Positions 58,108 through 64,000 of a stretch of 64,000 nucleotides of DNA are shown piece by piece. A program made the position numbers and the translations under genes. Source of the stretch: an uncultured Sphingomicrobium sp. (GTDB lineage Bacteria; Pseudomonadota; Alphaproteobacteria; Sphingomonadales; Sphingomonadaceae). Numbering within the stretch: the stretch's first letter is position 1; each line of letters starts with the position of its first letter. The stretch lies in the NCBI GenBank assembly GCA_964243335.1, contig CAXTED010000008.1:49099-113098 (forward strand), written 5' to 3'. The notes beneath the pieces are model-generated. The model ran no database searches. It was given only the letters and a program-made list of their open reading frames with translations, and was not told the DNA's origin.

Positions 58108-58827
58108 TTACTTCTTCAGCGTAGGCTCGGGACCGTTGATCTTGGACGCGCCTTCGCCGCGAATGGTTCCGGGGCTGGTGGCCGCCTGCTGCTCGGTGAT
58201 AACCGGCACGTTCTTGGCCTTCTGCGCGCCGGCATCGTCAGCTTCGGCGGCAGCCTTGTCCGCAGCGGCGCCCGGCGTGGACGCAGTCGGTTCCGCCGGC
58301 GCAGTCGGCAATGGCAAAGGCGCGGGGCTCTTTGTGTTGAGGTAAGCAATGACGTTGGCGCGGTCGGCTGGGTTGCTGAGGCCGGCGAAGGTCATCTTGG
58401 TGCCCGGAGCGAACTTCTTCGGGTTGGCTAGCCAGGCGCTCAAGGTTTCCCAATCCCAATTGCCGCCATGTTTGGACAACGCATCCGACCAGGCAAAGCC
58501 GCGGCCTTGGCCGACCGGCTCTCCAAGCACATGGTAGAGGTTGGGGCCAAGCCCATTGGCGCCGCCCTGATCGACATTGTGACAGGCCTGGCACTTCTTG
58601 AACACGTCGGCACCCTTGGCCGCGTCGGCGCTGGCGAGGTAGAAGGCAATCGGCTTCTCCGCTTCCGCGCCGCCTTCGCCGGCCTCCGCCTCAACACCCT
58701 CGATCGGGTAGCCAAGCTTCTCAGGGCGTTCGTTGTTGAACACCTCGCCCGACACCAACGAGCCACCAAGGGCGACGATTCCGGCGAACAGGACCCAGCC
58801 GGCGACGGTGTTGTTGGAGTCTTTCAT
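58108..58827 (-). CDS. Membrane-anchored class I cytochrome c (CycM-like) with Ala/Pro-rich C-terminal tail
   Basis: N-terminal TM GWVLFAGIVALGGSLV, heme motif CQACH, distal Met context GTKMTFAGL, and a low-complexity tail of about 73 aa. Confidence 0.85.
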   Translation of the reverse strand: MKDSNNTVAGWVLFAGIVALGGSLVSGEVFNNERPEKLGYPIEGVEAEAGEGGAEAEKPIAFYLASADAAKGADVFKKCQACHNVDQGGANGLGPNLYHVLGEPVGQGRGFAWSDALSKHGGNWDWETLSAWLANPKKFAPGTKMTFAGLSNPADRANVIAYLNTKSPAPLPLPTAPAEPTASTPGAAADKAAAEADDAGAQKAKNVPVITEQQAATSPGTIRGEGASKINGPEPTLKK

Positions 58828-58896
58828 GAGGCTGTCTGTTTCCGTGGTGGGAAGGGCAAAGCGTTGCTTGGCCCATAAAGCCGCGCCCGTGCGACT

Positions 58897-59811
58897 TCAA
58901 GCGTTGAGCCAATGGTCCAAAAGGCTGTGGGCAACGGCGTAGGGCGGCGGCGCGATGAAGGGCGCGCCGGGGGTTTGCGCCATGGCGGCGGCGACCTCCA
59001 TCGCTGAGAACCAGCGCGCGTCTTCCAGCTCATGGTGATCGACGACCAGCGCATCGTCGACTGCAACCGCGGTGCAGGCGATCATCAGCGACGAGGGAAA
59101 GGGCCAAGGCTGGCTCATGATGTAACGCACGTCGGTGACACGAATGCCGGCTTCCTCGAACAGTTCGCGAGCCACCGCGGCTTCCACGGTCTCCCCTGGC
59201 TCGACGAAGCCGGCGAGGGCGGAATAGCGGCCCGGCGGGTATTGCGGTTGGCGGCCGAGAAGCAGGCGATTGCCGTGAACGGCGAGCATGATCGCCACAG
59301 GGTCTGTGCGGGGGAAGTGATCGGACTGGCACTGGGTGCAGCGTCGTGACCAGCCGCCGCGAACAGGGACCGTGGGTCCGCCGCAGGTCGAGCAGAAGGT
59401 GTGCCGACGATGCCAATTGGACAAGCTGAGGGCGGCGGCGAACAGAGGAGCGTCGTCAGCCTGGAGGAAGGACAGAGCGGCGAATTGGGCGCGCATGTCG
59501 TGGGCCGCCGGTGCGATGGCGGAGAAGCACGGAACGTCCCCATCCAGGCCGAGGAACAGGTCCGGCTGCTCGACCGGTCCCCACGTCACTCGGCCGCTTT
59601 CATCCAGCGCGGGCATGCCGGCGAGCCACTGCAATTGGCGCGCATCCGGACGGCGGGAGAGCTCGGCGATGGCAGCGGGGTCGGCTCGCAGAGGATCGGC
59701 GCGGTTCAAACCCGCCCCGGAGAAAAAGGGTTCAGGCGGCAAGTCGAGGCTCCCGTTCGGCGGCAAGGGCGGCCTTTGCCGCGCGGCGATAGAGCGTGGG
59801 CAGGCCGGCAC
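58897..59811 (-). CDS. nudC: NAD(+) diphosphatase (NADH pyrophosphatase), Nudix family
   Basis: Zinc ribbon CSTCGG..CTQC, Nudix box GFVEPGETVEAAVARELFEEAGI, and NudC signature SQPWPFPSSLM. The start is uncertain; an in-frame TTG at 59742 would cut the overlap with mutY to 11 nt. Confidence 0.85.
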   Translation of the reverse strand: MPACPRSIAARQRPPLPPNGSLDLPPEPFFSGAGLNRADPLRADPAAIAELSRRPDARQLQWLAGMPALDESGRVTWGPVEQPDLFLGLDGDVPCFSAIAPAAHDMRAQFAALSFLQADDAPLFAAALSLSNWHRRHTFCSTCGGPTVPVRGGWSRRCTQCQSDHFPRTDPVAIMLAVHGNRLLLGRQPQYPPGRYSALAGFVEPGETVEAAVARELFEEAGIRVTDVRYIMSQPWPFPSSLMIACTAVAVDDALVVDHHELEDARWFSAMEVAAAMAQTPGAPFIAPPPYAVAHSLLDHWLNA

Positions 59812-60727
59812 CGTCGAGGGTGGCGAGCGGCTGCCACCAACCTTCGGTCAACTCGGGCTCTCCCGCGACGATCCACAATTGCAACGCGAAATGGGTGAAG
59901 TTGTGCGTCACAACCGCGAGCGGATCGGTTTGTGGGCGGTGATCGGTGAACGGGGTGCCGGGGAGGGCAGCCATGCCGCCGAGAAGGCCCGTGGGAGGAC
60001 GCCGGACAAGCAGGACGTGATCGCCTTCGCGGCACCAATATGCGAGACCGTAACGCTGGGGGCGGATGCGCTTGGGCGGCTTGGCCGGGAACGCTTCGGG
60101 GGTGCCGATCGCGGCGGCGCGGCAGTCGGTCAGGAGGGGGCAGCGGGGGCATTCGGGTGCCTTGGGGCGACAGATGCTGGCGCCGAGGTCCATCATTGCC
60201 TGCGTGTAGTCGCCGGGATGATCGTTGGGAGTCAGTGCTTCGGCTTCGGCGCGTATCGATGCCTTGTCTGACGTGGCGAGGAGGCGGGCGACGACCCGCT
60301 CGACATTGGTGTCGATGGCCGTTGCGCGTTCCCCGAAGGCGATCGCGGCAATCGCGGCGGCGGTATATTCGCCGATACCCGGAAGCTTGCGGAGGTCGGA
60401 TGCGGAGCGCGGAAAGCTGCCGCTTGCCGCGACGGCGCGGGCGCAGGCGATCAGGTTGCGGGCGCGGGCGTAATAACCAAGGCCGGCCCACTCGCCGAGC
60501 ACGTCCTCGTCCGGGGCGGCGGCGAGCGCCTGCACGGTCGGCCAGCGGGCGAGGAAGCGGGCGAAGCGGGGCGTCACGGCAGCAACGCTTGTTTGCTGGA
60601 GCATCACCTCGGACAGCCATACCGCATAAGGGTCGGCGAGCGGGGTTCCGGGCGGCGCTCGCCAGGGCAGGACGCGGGCATGGGCACGATAATGGCCAAG
60701 CAGCCGATTTGCCACATTGGCGTCCAT
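59732..60727 (-). CDS. mutY: A/G-specific adenine DNA glycosylase
   Basis: The start MDANVANRLL lies at 60727. It has LPWR..DPYAVWLSEVMLQQT, the Fe-S motif C-x6-C-x2-C-x5-C (CRPKAPECPRCPLLTDC), and a C-terminal Nudix-like domain. Confidence 0.9.
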   Translation of the reverse strand: MDANVANRLLGHYRAHARVLPWRAPPGTPLADPYAVWLSEVMLQQTSVAAVTPRFARFLARWPTVQALAAAPDEDVLGEWAGLGYYARARNLIACARAVAASGSFPRSASDLRKLPGIGEYTAAAIAAIAFGERATAIDTNVERVVARLLATSDKASIRAEAEALTPNDHPGDYTQAMMDLGASICRPKAPECPRCPLLTDCRAAAIGTPEAFPAKPPKRIRPQRYGLAYWCREGDHVLLVRRPPTGLLGGMAALPGTPFTDHRPQTDPLAVVTHNFTHFALQLWIVAGEPELTEGWWQPLATLDGAGLPTLYRRAAKAALAAEREPRLAA

Positions 60728-60736
60728 GCGCGTCCT

Positions 60737-61297
60737 ATGGCATGGCTTGGGACGATGTCGAAGGGAAAGGCTGAAGACGCGCCGCGCCAGGGGCGAGTAC
60801 GCGCTGCTGGCGAGATCGTGGGAGCGATCGGCGGGGTTGCGTTCAAGCGCTTTGGCTTCGTTCAGGGAGCCGTGGTCAGCCGCTGGCGCGAGATCGTCGG
60901 CGAGCGTTACGCCAAGGTGTCGACGCCCGAATCGATCCGATTTCCTGCTGGAAAGAAGGCCGGCGGAACGCTGACCTTGCTGGTGGAAGGAGCGCATGCG
61001 CCTTTGATGCAGCACCTGACCCCAACCATCATCGAGCGGGTGAACCGCTTCTTCGGCTATGAAGCCGTAGCGCGCATCGCCTTTCGTCAGGGTAGCTCGC
61101 CCAAGCCGCCCGCCCGGCCGGAGCGGCCGGTACGCGGCGCGGTTCCAAGCGAGCTTGGTGAGGGGCTTCGCGCTATCACCGACCCCGGGCTTCGTGCCTG
61201 CCTGGAAGCACTGGCGGGCGGCCTTGCGGGCTCAAGCGGTCCGCCGCGGCTGGATATTGCGGCGCCTTTGCCCAAACCTATCAACACCACGGAGTGA
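60737..61297 (+). CDS. DUF721 (DciA-like) protein
   Basis: FGFVQGAVVSRWREIVGERYAKVSTPESIRF..GTLTLLVEGAHAPLMQHLTPTIIERVNRFFGY. It is divergent from mutY. The start is either 60737 or 60755. Confidence 0.7.
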   Translation: MAWLGTMSKGKAEDAPRQGRVRAAGEIVGAIGGVAFKRFGFVQGAVVSRWREIVGERYAKVSTPESIRFPAGKKAGGTLTLLVEGAHAPLMQHLTPTIIERVNRFFGYEAVARIAFRQGSSPKPPARPERPVRGAVPSELGEGLRAITDPGLRACLEALAGGLAGSSGPPRLDIAAPLPKPINTTE

Positions 61298-62055
61298 CCA
61301 TGACCAGAACGAATCTTCTGCTTGCCGTTGCAGCGCTCTCGATCGTCACCGGAGCCTGTAAGGACAAAGCCGCTGGCGGGAACGCGGCGGCAGGCGGCAG
61401 CGATGCGCCGGTCGCTGTCACCCCTCCCGCCGATGGGGACTGGACCAAGCTGGTCCGCCAGACAGCCGAGGGCGGCATGCAAATGGGCAACCCGAATGCC
61501 GCCGTGAAGATCGTCGAATTCGGCTCGCTTACCTGCCCTCACTGCGCTGAATTCGCTCGGTCGGAGCAGCCCAAGATCGTCGACAAATACGTCAAGGCGG
61601 GCACGGTCGCGTTCGAGTTCCGCAATTATGTCCGCGATCAACTGGACATGACGGCATCGCTGATCTCGCGGTGCAACGGACCTGCGACGTTCTTCCCGAT
61701 GCTCGATCAAATCTATTCCGGTCAGCAGGCTATGTTCGAGCGCTTCCAGGCGACCCCGCCGGCGAGACTGGAAGCCTTGCAGAGCCTGCCTGCCGGTCAG
61801 CAGTTCCAGCAGATCGCCGACATGGCTGGCTTGACGGCTTGGGCGGCGCAGCGCGGCATCCCCTCGGCCAAAGCCAAGACGTGCCTCGCCGATCAAAAAG
61901 AAATCGACCGACTGGTGCAGATGAACAGCGATGCCACGAGCCAATATCAGCTGCCTGGCACCCCGTCGTTCCTGCTGAACGGAACGCTTGTGGAGCTGCC
62001 CGCAGGCAAGCCGCTGGGCGATTCGCTGGCGGCAGAGATCGAAAAGGTGCTGTAG
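61294..62055 (+). CDS. DsbA-family thiol:disulfide oxidoreductase lipoprotein
   Basis: Lipobox AALSIVTGAC, thioredoxin motif CPHC (GSLTCPHCAEF), and cis-Pro context GTPSFLLNG. The ATGA start overlaps the upstream stop. Confidence 0.85.
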   Translation: MTMTRTNLLLAVAALSIVTGACKDKAAGGNAAAGGSDAPVAVTPPADGDWTKLVRQTAEGGMQMGNPNAAVKIVEFGSLTCPHCAEFARSEQPKIVDKYVKAGTVAFEFRNYVRDQLDMTASLISRCNGPATFFPMLDQIYSGQQAMFERFQATPPARLEALQSLPAGQQFQQIADMAGLTAWAAQRGIPSAKAKTCLADQKEIDRLVQMNSDATSQYQLPGTPSFLLNGTLVELPAGKPLGDSLAAEIEKVL

Positions 62056-62100
62056 GAGGGAGCGCGGCAGTCCAAGAGCGACTGTCACCCTTTTTGCTAT

Positions 62101-62137
62101 TGCGACTAAGTCGCATTAGCGGCTAGTGGCAGTCGCA
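62101..62137. promoter_or_regulatory. Candidate operator: palindrome TGCGACT-A-AGTCGCA plus a third AGTCGCA half-site abutting the receptor ATG
   Basis: Read directly. The palindrome is at 62101-62115 and the extra half-site at 62131-62137, 22 bp (two helical turns) from the second half-site. Confidence 0.35.
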
Positions 62138-64000
62138 TGATGAACCGACTCGCCAGTTCGACCTTCCTGTCCACCCTTCTGCTGGCGACTTCCGCACACG
62201 CCGAGGTCGCCGTTGCGGAAGCGGACGCGCCGGCCCAAACGGTGACCGTCACTGGCCAGCGCAGCCCCTACGGCGCGCCGCTCTCCCGTAGCGCGACGCG
62301 GACCCTGCGCGACTTGAAGGACGTACCACAGTCGGTGACCACCATCACCGCCGAGCAGATCTCCGATCAGGGACTACGCGCCTTGCCGGACGTGCTTCGA
62401 AGCGTGCCCGGCGTGTCCATCAACGGCGGCGAAGGCCATCGTGATCATATCGCGTTGCGGGGCAATTCCACCACGGCAGACTTCTTCGTCGATGGACTGC
62501 GCGATGACGTCCAATACTATCGCGGGCTCTACAATGTGGAGCGGATCGAGGTGCTGAAAGGCCCCAACGCGCTGATGTTCGGACGCGGGGGCGGCGGCGG
62601 CGTCGTCAACCGCGTGATCAAGCGTCCGCAGGCCAACAACTTTACCGGCGGAGAAGGCGCGCTCGATGCGTTCGGCGCTGGATCGGCGCAGACTGACATC
62701 AACTTGGCGCTGCCGAGTGGGTTCGGAGCGCGGGTCAACGCGGTGGCCGAGCATTTCAACAATCGGCGGCAGGCCTATGGCGGCGATCGCTTCGCGATCA
62801 ATCCCACTGCTGCGTGGGAAGGGGAGAGCACCCGCGTCGACGTGGGCTTTGAATGGTCGCGCGATCGCCGCTTGGTCGACCGCGGAGTGCCCAGCGACGC
62901 GCGTGGGCGAGGGGCCCCATCACTGACTGATCCGGTTCGTCCGATCAAAGGCTTTGAGCGCACGTTCTTCGGCGACGAGGAGGTCAATCGCAACCGCTTC
63001 ACGAGCAAGGTCGCAACGGCGCGGGTCGACCAACAATTGAGTGTCGACACATTGCTGTCGGTGCGCGCGCTCGCCGGCGACTACGACAAATATTATGGCA
63101 ACATCTACGCGGCGACCCCGGCGCAATCGTTCACCGCTGCCGGCGTGACGGACACGCGGGTGGGGCTGGAAGCCTATGAAAATGCGGTCAAGCGCAAGAG
63201 CCGACTGCTGGCAGCCGATGTGTCGGGCAAGCTGTCGACCGGGTCGCTTGAGCATCGCTGGCTGATCGGCGCGGACTATGCCGGACAGCGATCCGATAGC
63301 ACGCGCAACCAGGGCTTTTTCGCCGCCGGACCTTACACGCAGAGCAACAACCGCCGGGCACTCGTGCTGCTAGGGCAAACCATCGATGCGCCGACCGTGA
63401 CCTTTCAGTGCGTAGCCGGCCTGGGCTGCTCGGACGCTCTGGCCAAAGGCAGGGCGTTCGGCGTGCTGGTGCAGGATGAGATCGCGATCGGCGACCATGT
63501 CGACCTGATTGCGGGCATAAGGCACGACCGCTTCAAGTTGACGGTGACCGACCGGCTGAACGGCCTGACCTTGTCGCGCACCGACAGCCTGTGGTCGCCG
63601 CGGGTCGGTGTCGTGCTGAAGCCGACGGAGACATTGAGCTTCTATGGCAGCCTGACGAGGTCGTTCCTGCCGCAATCGGGCGACCAGTTCAGTTCACTCG
63701 ACCTCACCACGTCCGCCCTGGAGCCGGAGCGCTTCACCAACCGGGAGTTAGGGGCCAAGTGGCGCCCCCGTGCCGGGCTGGACATCACGCTGGCAGCGTA
63801 CCGGCTGGATCGAACCAACACCCGCGCCACCGATCCGGTGAGCGGGCTGACGGTGCTGACGGGCGCACAACGCAGCAAGGGTGTGGAGCTGCAGGTTCAG
63901 GGCTCGGTGACTCCGCGGCTGTCGGTGAGTGGCGGCGTAGCCCTGCAGGATGCCAAGCTGACACGGACGACAACGGCGGCGCCGGCCGGCCGGAAGGCTG
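62137..64000 (+). CDS. TonB-dependent outer-membrane receptor (5' part; continues beyond the window)
   Basis: This gene is not in the ORF track because the frame is open to the window end. My translation is MMNRLASSTFLSTLLLATSAHA.., then TVTGQR and plug-domain text DVPQSVTTITAEQISDQG..LRSVPGVSINGGEGHRDHIALRG..VERIEVLKGPNALMFGRGGGGGVVNRV. Confidence 0.85.
   Translation, partial: MMNRLASSTFLSTLLLATSAHAEVAVAEADAPAQTVTVTGQRSPYGAPLSRSATRTLRDLKDVPQSVTTITAEQISDQGLRALPDVLRSVPGVSINGGEGHRDHIALRGNSTTADFFVDGLRDDVQYYRGLYNVERIEVLKGPNALMFGRGGGGGVVNRVIKRPQANNFTGGEGALDAFGAGSAQTDINLALPSGFGARVNAVAEHFNNRRQAYGGDRFAINPTAAWEGESTRVDVGFEWSRDRRLVDRGVPSDARGRGAPSLTDPVRPIKGFERTFFGDEEVNRNRFTSKVATARVDQQLSVDTLLSVRALAGDYDKYYGNIYAATPAQSFTAAGVTDTRVGLEAYENAVKRKSRLLAADVSGKLSTGSLEHRWLIGADYAGQRSDSTRNQGFFAAGPYTQSNNRRALVLLGQTIDAPTVTFQCVAGLGCSDALAKGRAFGVLVQDEIAIGDHVDLIAGIRHDRFKLTVTDRLNGLTLSRTDSLWSPRVGVVLKPTETLSFYGSLTRSFLPQSGDQFSSLDLTTSALEPERFTNRELGAKWRPRAGLDITLAAYRLDRTNTRATDPVSGLTVLTGAQRSKGVELQVQGSVTPRLSVSGGVALQDAKLTRTTTAAPAGRKA

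Noticed and set aside
62056-62136. Riboswitch (for example cobalamin) in front of the TonB-dependent receptor
   Set aside because: The intergenic region is only 81 bp, too short for the known riboswitch aptamers. Only the palindrome is notable.

Overview
High-GC alphaproteobacterial chromosome segment. Gene content and order look Sphingomonadaceae-like: class I LysRS, rpmF-plsX-fabH-ihfA-merR, sdhCDA, a divergent mutY/DUF721 pair, and many exported peptidases and TonB-type genes. This taxonomic call is inference only. I support about 55 protein genes, two of them disrupted, plus a few hairpins and palindromes. I saw no rRNA, tRNA, CRISPR array, transposase or integrase. Layout: (1) 1-6.5 kb, a type I secretion operon (tolC-like, LssB-type ABC, a SleB-type cell-wall hydrolase, hlyD) with a convergent LapG-like BTLCP protease. 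(2) 6.5-20 kb, housekeeping and miscellaneous genes (hydrolase, orphan 2Fe-2S subunit, RcnB-like, DUF885, lysK, flavin monooxygenase, XPD/DinG-like helicase, merR-ihfA-fabH-plsX-rpmF). (3) 20-29 kb, small stress proteins (GlsB, CsbD), an esterase, a beta-barrel OMP with a polyproline tail, an M1 aminopeptidase broken by an in-frame TGA, and DPP-IV. (4) 29-40 kb, an oxidoreductase cluster and an RND efflux operon. (5) 40-47 kb, Zn-ADH plus a conserved membrane protein, a bacteriophytochrome (HWE kinase plus receiver) with heme oxygenase, and a frameshifted S9 peptidase. (6) 47-64 kb, DUF2243, PhyH dioxygenase, an unlisted 46-aa His/Lys/Gly-rich ORF, MFS, prmA, a B3 metallo-beta-lactamase-like gene, SDR, a soluble MCP, sdhCDA, LOG, cytochrome c, nudC, mutY, dciA-like, dsbA-like, and a partial TonB-dependent receptor. 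Most of the window reads as ordinary core genome, and I found no clear defence island or mobile element. The best candidates for new biology are the peptidoglycan hydrolase translationally coupled inside the T1SS operon (with the orphan LapG-like protease), the phytochrome/HWE-kinase block with a possible EcfG-type promoter nearby, and the small unannotated ORF. Many long ORFs in the supplied track are antisense shadows typical of GC-rich DNA and were not called.
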